Positions 50,172 through 60,138 of a stretch of 64,000 nt of DNA are shown one piece after another (the first letter of the stretch is position 1; the number at the start of each line of letters is the position of its first letter). The notes under the pieces are model-generated. The model did not search any database and was not told the DNA's origin. It saw only the letters and a program-made list of their open reading frames with translations. The position numbers and the translations under genes are program-made. The stretch is from sequence record LR756501.1. One strand, written 5' to 3'.

Positions 50172-50762
50172 TTATTTATAACTTCCTCCACCTACCCATA
50201 GTACTAAACTTCTTCTACACCCTTTAGTTATTGGAGTAACTCTATGTAACAAGAAACTTGGAAAAAATATTCCACAACCTTTTATTTTTGGTAAAGTCTT
50301 AAAATCACCACCTGTCCATATATCAAAATTACCTCCTTCGTATTCAGATGAATCAGATAATTGAATAGTAACACTTATCTTTCTATGATTTATAGGATAG
50401 GGTCCAATATCCATATGCCAATCGTAATGTCCACCACCCTCATAATATTCAGTATATTGAATAGAATCTACAATAGAATGTAAATTATAACCGTAACTCT
50501 TATTAGCCTCAATGAACAGATCTTTTAATCTTTCATATACCCAATAAGATTTATCGTCGTAATGAATCCATTTAATCTTAGATTTCCTAATAGGTTCAAC
50601 CTCTTCAACTGGCGATCCAACAGTTGTGGCTGTTTGAAATGGGTATAATTCTTTTAAATTATTAATCCACATCAACTGCTCTTCGTTAAATACTTCATTG
50701 ATAGCCACAAAACTTGTTTGGTCTATAGCGTTATCAAATTCAAATACAGGTCTAAAATCCAT
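50172..50762 (-). CDS. 2OG-Fe(II) oxygenase (prolyl-4-hydroxylase-like)
   Basis: RKSKIKW, HYDWHMD (HxD), RKISVTIQLS, EYEGG, FPSFLLHRVTP..RRSLVLWVGG. Confidence 0.92.
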   Translation of the reverse strand: MDFRPVFEFDNAIDQTSFVAINEVFNEEQLMWINNLKELYPFQTATTVGSPVEEVEPIRKSKIKWIHYDDKSYWVYERLKDLFIEANKSYGYNLHSIVDSIQYTEYYEGGGHYDWHMDIGPYPINHRKISVTIQLSDSSEYEGGNFDIWTGGDFKTLPKIKGCGIFFPSFLLHRVTPITKGCRRSLVLWVGGGSYK

Positions 50763-53700
50763 TATTTAATCTTACTTTTTAATTCTTGTAACTCACTTAA
50801 CCAAATAGATTCCTCACTGGTCTGTTCCAACTTCTTTAACTTCTCTCTCAATTTATCGTATTCTTCCTTCAACTCCTGCAACCTATCTTTTGTGAAAGAC
50901 ATAATAGACATATTCAAAAGATAACCATATGATTCTTCTACTCTTTCAAGTTTATGTTTTTCTAAATCCTGCTCAACCAGATCTCTACTTCGCTTGTTAA
51001 TTATGACTTCACCGTCTATAACCAACTTTAAAAATTTCATTCTATTTTGATGTATTCTTATATCCTTTTTTAACTCCTCTAGTTGATAATTTTTTCTCTT
51101 CGTGTAATATTCTAATCTCACTTTATAGAAATCATCTATTATATTATATTGATCAGTATATTTTTTAATTTTACATTCTTCATCAAAAAGATGCATGTTC
51201 TTTGTAGATAAATAAGTCTCCAAACTCAACTTCTTATAAACATTACCGTCACCAAGTAATTCTTCCATTTGTTCTTTAGTAAGTATAATCTTTATATCTA
51301 TAACCTGATCAGTACAATTCTTTACATAATCCTTTATTATCTTATCTTCAATTAACTTATCTAACTTCTTAAAATACTCATCGTTCCACATTCCAATAGG
51401 AAGCTCAGTCACTCTAATCACATTAGCATTTGGCTTATCATATATACCTCTTGTTATATATCTTCCACCTTCTTCGTCTCTTATTATCTCACCCTTAAAT
51501 CCTTTATAATATGGTAAAACTTCTTTTGTTTTCTTACCCTGTATTTTATTAGCTAAATATGAAATTATCTCTAAAGGATTATACATAGGTACATTACTAG
51601 AATATCCAGTTCCTAAACCAAAAGCACCATTCACTAAAACCATTGGTATAATAGGAACGTAATATTTTGGCTCAATTGGAGCACCGTCGTCATCTAAATA
51701 ATCAAGTACATCATTATCTTCTTTCCTAAAAATATAACCACTTATATCACTTAACTTTGTGAAAATATATCTTGGTGAAGCACTATCTTGTCCACCCTTT
51801 ATTCTTGATCCAAATTGTCCCTTTGGTGATAATAAATTTATATTGTTTGTACCTACAAAAGTCTGTGCCATTCCAACAATGGCTTCTTCGAGTGAAGTGT
51901 TGCCGTGATGATAAGCAGCAGACTCAATTACCGCACCAGAAAGTGAACTAACTTTTATTTCATTCCTAATGTTCTTCTTAACAAGAGTATAGAAGGCCTT
52001 TCTCTGACTTGGTTTAAATCCATCTATTGAGTTCTGTATTTGTCTTACATTACTATACATTGAATACTCAATATACTCATTATTAATGAACTTATCATAA
52101 GTCTGTTTCACACTAAACTTATCAATAAAATCCACAGGAGCATAAGTCTTTAACCATTCTTTTCTATCGTCTGCTCTCTTATCATTAAACAACATATCAA
52201 GAAGATCCTTAGTCTCAGGCTTATCGTAATGAAACCTAATAAGATGCTTACTTATCTTCTTGAAAAACTCTTTCATTTCATCTGGTTGTATAGTGCCCAA
52301 ACCTTTGTAATACTTTATAAACCAGTCTTTTGTATTAGTTTCAGATTTCCATTTCTTGTAATCACCCAGTCTGTAAAAGTACTTATATACTTTACCTTTT
52401 TCAATTCTAACAATAGGTGTAATGAATTCGTAAATGAAATCAAGGTGAAGAAGTTCAGGCCAGAACGTATCAAAAATATTCATAAGTAATCCTTTGATAT
52501 GTTTACCATCAGCGTCTTCGTCAGACATAAGAACAACTTTACCGTATCTAAGTTTCTTAGTATCAGTATATTTTTTACCAAATTCAAGACCTAGGATATT
52601 AATGATATTTTTAAGTTCGTCATTTTTACCTATGTCTGCCATTGAGGCTCTTCTAACATTTAGTCCAGATCCTTTTAATGGAAATATACCAAAATAATCA
52701 GAATCAACTTCTGAAAGACCAGCAACACAGGATGAAGCTGCAGAGTCACCTTCTGTTAAGAATAATAAACATTTTTCACTTTCGTTAGTGCCAGCTTTAG
52801 CTGCGTCGTCGAGTTTACCTATTTTAACTTTTGATTTGGCTATATCTTTCTTAGCGTCAAAATCTTCTTTAATCATCAGAAAACGAATTAGTTCGTCAAT
52901 CATTGCTGATCCAGCGATCTTTTTAATTAGATTATCAGATACTTCTGGAGCAGTTACTTTACTTATTAAGTTCTCTTTAGATTGTGTGTCGAATAATGGA
53001 TTAACAACTTTACAATTAACAAATATAAATAAGTGATTTTTAATATCATTTTGTTTTATATTAAGTTTCTTATTCTTCTTTAATAGGGTTTCAGCAACTT
53101 TTTTTGTAATTTGATTACTCACAGAGTTAACGTGGGTACCACCGTTATAAGTAGATATACCATTAACCATAGATACTTGGTTGAATGAATTATCAAGGGA
53201 TCTTGATACACCAATTTCCCATTTATCGTCAAGTTTTTCGTAGAATGATTCTTGTTCACCAACGAACATTTCCATATAGGATTTGAAATTCTTTGTGGGT
53301 ATATGTATGTTATTGTAATACACTTTAACTTTACTACAATACACGGAAACGTCTATACAACGTTTTACGATGATTGATTCGATCTCTTCATCTATACCAT
53401 CTAATTCAAAACGTGCAAAATCAGGATAAAAGGTTATTTTAGTATATTGTTTCTTTGACGCCTTTATTTTAGGTTTGCCAATTTTATTCATATTGTTTTC
53501 GAACTCTTGATGATAATGTTTCTTACCGTCACAAGTTTCTAATATGAATTTTTTAGAAAAGATATTTGTTAATTTGGCACCAAGTCCGTTTTTTCCACCC
53601 CACACTCTATCTATTGTATCGTCAAAATTTTCTCCTGCAAGAAGATGTCCAAAGATAAGTTCGGGTATATAACATTTTTCTTTTGAGTGCATCTCAACAG

Positions 53701-54010
53701 GAATACCTGTGCCGTCGTTCTCAATTGATATTGAATCCTTTGTAACATTAACTTTAATATATTTAACGTCACCACTACGTATAGAGTGGTCGGACGCGTT
53801 AGTAAGAATTTCGTCAAAAAGTTTTAGAAAGCCTGGATTGAAGTTGATAGGTTTATTAACTATTTTAATATTGTTTAAGTCCTTTGGATCTTCAACAACG
53901 AAGATATTTCTAGTTTCTGTAATGGTTGATCCGACGTATGTATCTGGCCTTAGAAGGACGTGTTCTTTATGAGTTAATTTTTGATATTTTTCCGAATTAG
54001 TTTTAACCAT
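50762..54010 (-). CDS. Type IIA DNA topoisomerase, single-chain (B and A subunits fused)
   Basis: HVLLRPDTYVGS, FDEILTNA, GGKNGLGAKL, LTEGDSA, DEDADGKHI, YYKGLGT, DGFKPSQRK, AYHHG, catalytic SPRY. Confidence 0.95.
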   Translation of the reverse strand: MVKTNSEKYQKLTHKEHVLLRPDTYVGSTITETRNIFVVEDPKDLNNIKIVNKPINFNPGFLKLFDEILTNASDHSIRSGDVKYIKVNVTKDSISIENDGTGIPVEMHSKEKCYIPELIFGHLLAGENFDDTIDRVWGGKNGLGAKLTNIFSKKFILETCDGKKHYHQEFENNMNKIGKPKIKASKKQYTKITFYPDFARFELDGIDEEIESIIVKRCIDVSVYCSKVKVYYNNIHIPTKNFKSYMEMFVGEQESFYEKLDDKWEIGVSRSLDNSFNQVSMVNGISTYNGGTHVNSVSNQITKKVAETLLKKNKKLNIKQNDIKNHLFIFVNCKVVNPLFDTQSKENLISKVTAPEVSDNLIKKIAGSAMIDELIRFLMIKEDFDAKKDIAKSKVKIGKLDDAAKAGTNESEKCLLFLTEGDSAASSCVAGLSEVDSDYFGIFPLKGSGLNVRRASMADIGKNDELKNIINILGLEFGKKYTDTKKLRYGKVVLMSDEDADGKHIKGLLMNIFDTFWPELLHLDFIYEFITPIVRIEKGKVYKYFYRLGDYKKWKSETNTKDWFIKYYKGLGTIQPDEMKEFFKKISKHLIRFHYDKPETKDLLDMLFNDKRADDRKEWLKTYAPVDFIDKFSVKQTYDKFINNEYIEYSMYSNVRQIQNSIDGFKPSQRKAFYTLVKKNIRNEIKVSSLSGAVIESAAYHHGNTSLEEAIVGMAQTFVGTNNINLLSPKGQFGSRIKGGQDSASPRYIFTKLSDISGYIFRKEDNDVLDYLDDDGAPIEPKYYVPIIPMVLVNGAFGLGTGYSSNVPMYNPLEIISYLANKIQGKKTKEVLPYYKGFKGEIIRDEEGGRYITRGIYDKPNANVIRVTELPIGMWNDEYFKKLDKLIEDKIIKDYVKNCTDQVIDIKIILTKEQMEELLGDGNVYKKLSLETYLSTKNMHLFDEECKIKKYTDQYNIIDDFYKVRLEYYTKRKNYQLEELKKDIRIHQNRMKFLKLVIDGEVIINKRSRDLVEQDLEKHKLERVEESYGYLLNMSIMSFTKDRLQELKEEYDKLREKLKKLEQTSEESIWLSELQELKSKIK

Positions 54011-54088
54011 TGATATTAGTTTAGTTTTTCTTATATATAACTTCGACTGGGTTTTGTTTTTTATAAAAAAATTTTAATATATAGGAGT

Positions 54089-54604
54089 ATGATAAAAGAT
54101 TATAAATTATTTAGAGTGTTCGAAGAACTGACCGAACCTTGGGACGAAGAACCACCTCTTCAATATAATCAATATTTCACTAATAACTGGGTTGGTTTTA
54201 AACAGGAGTTATTAGATGATTTGAAACTCAAGTTGATAGGTAAAACAATTTGTATAGACGCAACAAGACAATATGATTGGAGAGTAAAACAAGAACCTGA
54301 TCCTATTGATAATATAGTTATTAACGGTACACATGTAAAACCTATTTATAAAATAACAGTTAAGGATATTCAGTACGATGGTAGTCACAGGCAGGAAGTT
54401 TATTACGTTGATATTATAGATGACGAAGGTAAAAGATATAAATTAAAGAAGATAGTTACAGATAAAACATATGCTAATTTTGCCAAGAAGGCTGGTAAAG
54501 AACTAGAAAGAATGGCGGAAGAAAAGAGAAAGAAGGAAAGATTGAAGTTGAAGCATTTATATCACGATCCTTACGCCGAAGAACTTTGGGATGAGGACGA
54601 TTAA
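54089..54604 (+). CDS. Hypothetical protein with KDYKLF..FEE and C-terminal DPYAEELW tags
   Basis: Follows TAATATATA. Confidence 0.75.
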   Translation: MIKDYKLFRVFEELTEPWDEEPPLQYNQYFTNNWVGFKQELLDDLKLKLIGKTICIDATRQYDWRVKQEPDPIDNIVINGTHVKPIYKITVKDIQYDGSHRQEVYYVDIIDDEGKRYKLKKIVTDKTYANFAKKAGKELERMAEEKRKKERLKLKHLYHDPYAEELWDEDD

Positions 54605-54619
54605 AAATAATTTAAAAAT

Positions 54620-55057
54620 ATGATATACAATTTCGAAGAATTTTCATTGAACGAAAAATATTACGACGATCTTACACCATATACATACGATGCTATAAGG
54701 TGGGCTAAAAATCCTGTTAATATTGGTTGGCTAGATAAAGGACAAGATTATACAAAAGGTGAAGTGCCTGCTGGATTTCTAAACAAATTGGGTAGTGCAG
54801 ACACTTGTGGTAGGCATAAGGGAAGTCATAATTGTCCTTTCTGTGGGGGATCTGATAGTAGTAACGTGTTGTATGTTCAAGGTAAAGGTGTAACTTATGT
54901 ATTTCCTGAAATGTTATCTCATTATATAAGAAAACACGGATATAAACCACCACAAGAATTTATTGACGCAGTAATGGCTTTACCCGATAAGGAAAAAGAA
55001 AGATATAAGGGTGGATTTCATCATGGATTCGGTAGTAATTCGCCATGGGGGTGGTAA
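54620..55057 (+). CDS. Cys/His-motif domain protein (NIGWL..HxCPFC..FPE..HYI..HxYKPPQEFIDAV)
   Basis: The same domain recurs in the next gene. Confidence 0.75.
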   Translation: MIYNFEEFSLNEKYYDDLTPYTYDAIRWAKNPVNIGWLDKGQDYTKGEVPAGFLNKLGSADTCGRHKGSHNCPFCGGSDSSNVLYVQGKGVTYVFPEMLSHYIRKHGYKPPQEFIDAVMALPDKEKERYKGGFHHGFGSNSPWGW

Positions 55058-55070
55058 AAAAATTTAAACT

Positions 55071-55910
55071 GTGAAGAATTATAAACAATTCGTAAACGAA
55101 TATTACACATGGGATGATGATGTTACTGAAAAAACAATAGATCTTGGTGTTCTCTATGAACAACAAGAGGGAAACTCTGATCACATATTGCAAATTTTAC
55201 AATATGAATTTAGACCAATACAATCAAATGATGAATATAAAGTTATCAATTTAGTCGGTAAGTATAGTAAAGTTAATTTAACATTGGATAATCGTGCGCA
55301 ATATCCCGGAGGTATAGAAATGGATGAAAAAGGACTCCTATTCTCATCAAGATTAAGAGACAGATTAACATTCAGACGTTTAACATTTGATCTTTTTCCC
55401 AGATTTCTTTTTAAAATTAAAATATTAAAAAGAAGATTTATCCCTGAAGATCCATATGGAGAAGAAGAATGGGATATAAATGAATCCTATTATCCAGATT
55501 TATCACCATATAATTATAGTTGGGAGATGCCTGAGTGTGTTAATATTGGTTGGCTAGATGATAAACACGATTTTGAAAAAGGCGAAGTTCCTGAAGGTTT
55601 TGTAGATAAGTTGGTAAAAATGCCAAGGTTTGTACAACATTGTGGTTATCACAATTGTCCATTCTGTGAAGGCGGAAGAGATACATGGAGCAGTAGTATT
55701 AAATTGGCTATAGGAGACGGTGTAGTTTACCTTTTCCCAGAATTGACGAAGCACTATATATCTAAACATCATTATAAACCACCACAAGAATTTATTGACG
55801 CTGTATTAAAAATGGAAAATATGTCTGATGGTGATGCCCATAGATACATGAATAATATCATGTTAAGACATAAGGAACATTTTGATAAAATGTTCCATAG
55901 AAAGAGATAG
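55071..55910 (+). CDS. Two-module protein: unknown domain plus DPYGEEEW, then a copy of the 54620 domain
   Basis: Tag at 55449; exact 21-nt and 29-nt matches to the upstream gene; ends in TAG. Confidence 0.75.
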   Translation: MKNYKQFVNEYYTWDDDVTEKTIDLGVLYEQQEGNSDHILQILQYEFRPIQSNDEYKVINLVGKYSKVNLTLDNRAQYPGGIEMDEKGLLFSSRLRDRLTFRRLTFDLFPRFLFKIKILKRRFIPEDPYGEEEWDINESYYPDLSPYNYSWEMPECVNIGWLDDKHDFEKGEVPEGFVDKLVKMPRFVQHCGYHNCPFCEGGRDTWSSSIKLAIGDGVVYLFPELTKHYISKHHYKPPQEFIDAVLKMENMSDGDAHRYMNNIMLRHKEHFDKMFHRKR

Positions 55911-55946
55911 ATGACTTTTAATATATACTAGAAAAAACATTTCTAA

Positions 55947-56666
55947 ATGAGAATAAGTTCACAAAATAATCAATTTATATTCCAATTACCAGTCGATTTT
56001 TTAAGTAAATACCTTTACGAAAAATTTCAAATATTTCTGGATAACCAAAGAATGCCGTACGATAACGCACTTGATTATCTTAACTCTACAATTAAAGAGG
56101 TAGTATTTCCTTCTATTACTTACGAAAATGTAACACAGAGGTTATATGGTGGTAAAACAGTTGATTATAAATCAGCAAAGAATATATACGACACTTATCA
56201 ACACGATTTAGATATAACATTTAGAAATGTAGATTCCCATACAAATTACTGGATGATGCAAGAAATCCTCGCTGAATTTTGGTTGAATACAAGAAAACCT
56301 TACGTGCCTTATTTCTCTTTATCAATTTTGGATAAAAACGGTGATTTAATTTATACTGTGTTATTTAAAAATATATTATTAAAAACACAAGGTGAGAATA
56401 GATTTCAATACCAGAAGCAGGACTTTGGTGAACAAACTTTTTCAATTACTTTCTCATATAACTATTTAGATATTATTTGGGAACTCAGAAAATCTCCAAA
56501 AGAAGAAGGTTCAAGTATATTCGATTTGCCTTACGGTCAAGGTTATTGGGAAAGACAGAGTAAACCAGATTGGGAAAATTTACCTGATATTTCAACAACA
56601 AAGGAAAGAAAAAATCCTATAATCTTTCCTGATGAGAGACCAACGTGGGGATCGACACAGGTATAA
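55947..56666 (+). CDS. Tail-tube-fold structural protein (gp19/gp54-like)
   Basis: NSTIKEVVFPSI, LDITFR, SILDKNGDLIYTVLFKN..FSITFSYNY; follows TAATATATA. Confidence 0.55.
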   Translation: MRISSQNNQFIFQLPVDFLSKYLYEKFQIFLDNQRMPYDNALDYLNSTIKEVVFPSITYENVTQRLYGGKTVDYKSAKNIYDTYQHDLDITFRNVDSHTNYWMMQEILAEFWLNTRKPYVPYFSLSILDKNGDLIYTVLFKNILLKTQGENRFQYQKQDFGEQTFSITFSYNYLDIIWELRKSPKEEGSSIFDLPYGQGYWERQSKPDWENLPDISTTKERKNPIIFPDERPTWGSTQV

Positions 56667-56743
56667 TCATAAATATTTAATTACGCGCATTTTTTAAAAC
56701 TTATGATTTTTCGTCGCCTATAAATCTGTATAAATCTAAAACT

Positions 56744-57910
56744 ATGATAGAAACATTAACGCAACCCAAAGGAATGGTCTTGGAGGACGATTTCTTTGAA
56801 AAATTAAAGAATGAAAACAAAGTTTTCAAGTACAAGAACAAAGACAAACACGCTTCCCTAACCGATGATTACTTATTCTTCCTTAAAAAATTAGAAGAGT
56901 CAACGACTACTTTTAAACAAATTGAAGAAGGAGAAGTAGTTGAAGGTAACATTGTTAGTATCGATAAGAAAGAAATTATTATTGATATTAATTTCAAAGA
57001 TACTGTATTCGTAGAAACGAAAACTATTGACCAAAACATGTTTGATAACTTACATGTTGGCGACCCTATTAACGTTATGATCACTGAAATTAGTGATACT
57101 CCGTACTTCATCAAAGGATCTCTTAACGATCTTCTAAAACTCAATATTTCAAATATTGTTAAGGAACATTTTAATGAGAACAGATGTTTGTACGCTACTG
57201 TGAAAGAATCACAACCAGCAGGTTATTATCTCAACTTAGAGGTTGAAGGACAAATAATTGACGCATTTATGCCAAACACACTAGCTGGTGTTAATAAACT
57301 TCACGACCCAAGTGCCATTGTTGGACAAAGATTCGAAGTTATGATTGAAACTTTGGAACAAGACAAAGGTATTTATGTTGTTAGTCGTAAAAAATTCCTT
57401 GAAGATCAAATTCCTGAGAAGATCAAGATTTTGAAAAAGGAATGGATTAAAGACAAAAATAAAGTCTATTACGGACATATCACTGGCACAACTCCATTTG
57501 GAGCATTTGTTGAATTCCAAGGCGAGCCTTTAACATGTATGATACATCGTTATAACATTCAAGAAGACTGGCAAACAGATGAAAAATGGGCACAGTTGAA
57601 ACCAGGAATGATGGTAAACTTTTATGTGAAGGATATTATCACACGTAAGAACAAGATTATTTCAACTCAAATTCTACGTGATTCTTTATGGGACACTATT
57701 AAAGTTGACGATACTGTAAAAGGTAAAGTTATAGCTATCAAGCCATTCGGTGCACTCATTCAATTGGATGAAGAAACAAATGGACTTATACAAAATACCT
57801 ATCTTCAAAAGAATAAGATTGAATTGAAACTTGGACAGGAAATTGAAGTGAAGGTAACAAGTATTATGAAAGATGAAAGAAAAATTAATTTATCTCTAGT
57901 GAGTAAATAA
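56744..57910 (+). CDS. rpsA: Ribosomal protein bS1-like protein (about four S1 domains)
   Basis: EGEVVEGNIVSIDKKEIIIDINFK; GHITGTTPFGAFVEF; GKVIAIKPFGALIQL..EIEVKVTSI..RKINLS. Confidence 0.85.
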   Translation: MIETLTQPKGMVLEDDFFEKLKNENKVFKYKNKDKHASLTDDYLFFLKKLEESTTTFKQIEEGEVVEGNIVSIDKKEIIIDINFKDTVFVETKTIDQNMFDNLHVGDPINVMITEISDTPYFIKGSLNDLLKLNISNIVKEHFNENRCLYATVKESQPAGYYLNLEVEGQIIDAFMPNTLAGVNKLHDPSAIVGQRFEVMIETLEQDKGIYVVSRKKFLEDQIPEKIKILKKEWIKDKNKVYYGHITGTTPFGAFVEFQGEPLTCMIHRYNIQEDWQTDEKWAQLKPGMMVNFYVKDIITRKNKIISTQILRDSLWDTIKVDDTVKGKVIAIKPFGALIQLDEETNGLIQNTYLQKNKIELKLGQEIEVKVTSIMKDERKINLSLVSK

Positions 57911-57943
57911 GAAAAAACTAACATCTATACATTAATATATAAG

Positions 57944-57979
57944 AAATGATAGCATATAATAATGTGCTATCATTTTTTT
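57944..57979 (+). terminator. Rho-independent terminator after the S1 gene
   Basis: AAATGATAGCA/TGCTATCATTT stem plus T-run. Confidence 0.7.
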
Positions 57980-58022
57980 ATATGAAATAAAATTCATAAT
58001 TTAGCAAAAATAAATTAATTCA

Positions 58023-58505
58023 ATGAAAGACTTTAAACTTTTTGGTGGGCAAGAATTGAAGGACCTTGGTGAATATCTACGGGAATATTACGCATTATAT
58101 CCTGATATACAGATATTTATTGGGACGGACTCTGCTCAACACGGTAAAGTCACAAAATACGCTACTGCTATTTCTTTGTTACATCCAGGTAAAGGTGTGC
58201 ATGTTATTTTCAATAGACATAATATCAAGAGGGAACGTGATATGTTTACACGTCTATGGAACGAAGTAGAATATACACGTGAAGTAGCTGATTACGTTCA
58301 CGATATAATGGTTGATATTTATCCACATAAGGAAGATACTAAAATTCCAGTACTTCACTTGGACTTTAATAAACAACCACGTCATAAGTCAAACGTAGTT
58401 CACGACTTATCAGTTGGATATTTGAAAGGATTTGGTTACGAAGTTCATACAAAACCAGATTCATGGTGTGCTACGTTCTGCGCAGACATGTTAGTTAAAA
58501 ACTAG
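58023..58505 (+). CDS. RNase H-like YkuK/DUF458 family protein
   Basis: IFIGTDS, GKGVHV, RLWNEVE, LHLDFN..HKSN..GY..GFG...TKPDSWCATFCAD; ends in TAG. Confidence 0.85.
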   Translation: MKDFKLFGGQELKDLGEYLREYYALYPDIQIFIGTDSAQHGKVTKYATAISLLHPGKGVHVIFNRHNIKRERDMFTRLWNEVEYTREVADYVHDIMVDIYPHKEDTKIPVLHLDFNKQPRHKSNVVHDLSVGYLKGFGYEVHTKPDSWCATFCADMLVKN

Positions 58506-58523
58506 ATTTCCTTGACCTTGGCT

Positions 58524-58553
58524 AAAAAGGGGGCTTAACGCCCTCTTTTTTTT
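58524..58553 (+). terminator. Rho-independent terminator
   Basis: AGGGGGC-TTAAC-GCCCTCT followed by a T-run. Confidence 0.75.
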
Positions 58554-58579
58554 GTTCAAAAATATTTATATATAGTGGC

Positions 58580-59278
58580 ATGAAAAAGTACAATGAATAT
58601 CTTTTAGAGGAAAAATTTAATCAAACCAATACTGATCTAATTTTAGAAAAATCCGCTTTCGCTGCTTATAAAGACGTTCAACACCTTGTGTTAAAACAAT
58701 ATGGATCACAACTTTATTTTATAGCAACATTCAATTCAGCTATTGTATCTTTATATCCTATTGTTAAACATGTAATATACAATTCAAATCTTGATATAAA
58801 CATATCAACTTATCAAATAGCTTTATTAACTATATTTGCTATTGCTGAAATCTTACACGTTAACAACGACGCTGTTAAAGATATTAAAAGAAAATTGATA
58901 GAAGATCATTTTCTTATTCACGTTCAGGCTGTTAAGAAAACATTATTCTCAGTAGAGAAAATAGTTAGAGTAGTAGCAAAAACAGTTGGTAAGACTATAT
59001 CTTTATTTATTGATATGTTAGCGTATGTAACTATTCTTGTACCTATTAATGATGCACTTATAGAAATAATAAATAAGGACGGATTAGATATGAATACTTT
59101 GCCACATAAGGTATTAGGATTAGGTATAGGATTAGGTATTTTGACTTTTAAAAATATAATTGTTAGGATATTAGATAAAATAGGATTACATACATCTATA
59201 TCTAAGGTTGATGATGTTATAGAAGATGAAAAGAAGAATGTCTATCACAAAATGAGAACCAAAGAAAAAATGAAGTGA
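58580..59278 (+). CDS. Hypothetical membrane-associated protein with KKYNEY..EE tag
   Basis: Several hydrophobic helices; TTATATATA upstream. Confidence 0.7.
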   Translation: MKKYNEYLLEEKFNQTNTDLILEKSAFAAYKDVQHLVLKQYGSQLYFIATFNSAIVSLYPIVKHVIYNSNLDINISTYQIALLTIFAIAEILHVNNDAVKDIKRKLIEDHFLIHVQAVKKTLFSVEKIVRVVAKTVGKTISLFIDMLAYVTILVPINDALIEIINKDGLDMNTLPHKVLGLGIGLGILTFKNIIVRILDKIGLHTSISKVDDVIEDEKKNVYHKMRTKEKMK

Positions 59279-59281
59279 TAG

Positions 59282-60127
59282 ATGAAAGTTAAGAAACTAC
59301 AAGAATATAACACTAAAAGAATAATGGTCTTTAGTGGCTCAGCTAGATGTATGGACAATTGTCCTGGTCAAGATGGTAAGACTAATTATATTGTAGAACA
59401 AGCAATTAAAGACTTACCAAAAGACATAGAAATTGATCTGGTTGATCTTTCAGTTGAAACTGATAAACCTATTATTCAACCTTGTAAGGGCTGTATATCA
59501 ACCGCTGGTGGTGCTCACTGCCATTTTCCATGTGATTGTTACTTTAAAAAGAATAAAGATTATCCAGATTTAATGCACGATTTTGATATTTACAAAAGAC
59601 TTTTAAAAGCTGACGCTTTCATAGTATTTACTCCTATTAATTGGTGGAGTGTACCTACACAAGTTAAAGCAATGTTTGATAGATTAGTATGTGGTTCTCT
59701 TACCATTACAGATAAACAAGCACAAGAACTTTGGCCCGATGACGTTAAGAATCCTAAAAAGACAAAACCATTTTCAGACACAGAAAAATACAAAGAGATG
59801 GTAAAGAATCATTATGAAGGAAAGGTTGGAGCATTTTATGTTCACGGAGATGACGGAGCGGATGATTACAAGAACAGAGAAATGCCAGACTCTTATAAGA
59901 AATATGAAATAGGTAAATTTGACGAACCTATAAATACTATTAAACCTATTATCTGGCAATGTAGATATATGGGAATAGATGTACCTGATGAATTGGTTGA
60001 GGCTTTTTATATGAATGAAGATATAAGTTATAGTGACGCTAATGATAAGTTAAAGGAAGGTAAGTTGAATTTTGCTGTGAAGAAGGCTAGGAAATTAATT
60101 TTAGATACTTTTGATTATATAAAATAA
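59282..60127 (+). CDS. Flavodoxin-like NADPH-dependent FMN reductase / Fe-S flavoprotein
   Basis: FSGSAR, IQPCKGC..CHFPCDC, ADAFIVFTPINWWSVPTQVKAMFDRL. Confidence 0.85.
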   Translation: MKVKKLQEYNTKRIMVFSGSARCMDNCPGQDGKTNYIVEQAIKDLPKDIEIDLVDLSVETDKPIIQPCKGCISTAGGAHCHFPCDCYFKKNKDYPDLMHDFDIYKRLLKADAFIVFTPINWWSVPTQVKAMFDRLVCGSLTITDKQAQELWPDDVKNPKKTKPFSDTEKYKEMVKNHYEGKVGAFYVHGDDGADDYKNREMPDSYKKYEIGKFDEPINTIKPIIWQCRYMGIDVPDELVEAFYMNEDISYSDANDKLKEGKLNFAVKKARKLILDTFDYIK

Positions 60128-60138
60128 TATATAGTGAT

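Noticed and set aside
55908-55949. Amber read-through fusing the 55071 gene to the tube-like 55947 gene (same frame, two TAGs)
   Set aside because: An in-frame TAA at 55944-55946 blocks the fusion, and a promoter motif lies in the spacer.
58503-58538. TAG-ATT context at the end of the YkuK gene as a programmed read-through
   Set aside because: It would add only about 11 residues running into the terminator. The shared context is short and could be chance, though it is worth checking in proteomics.
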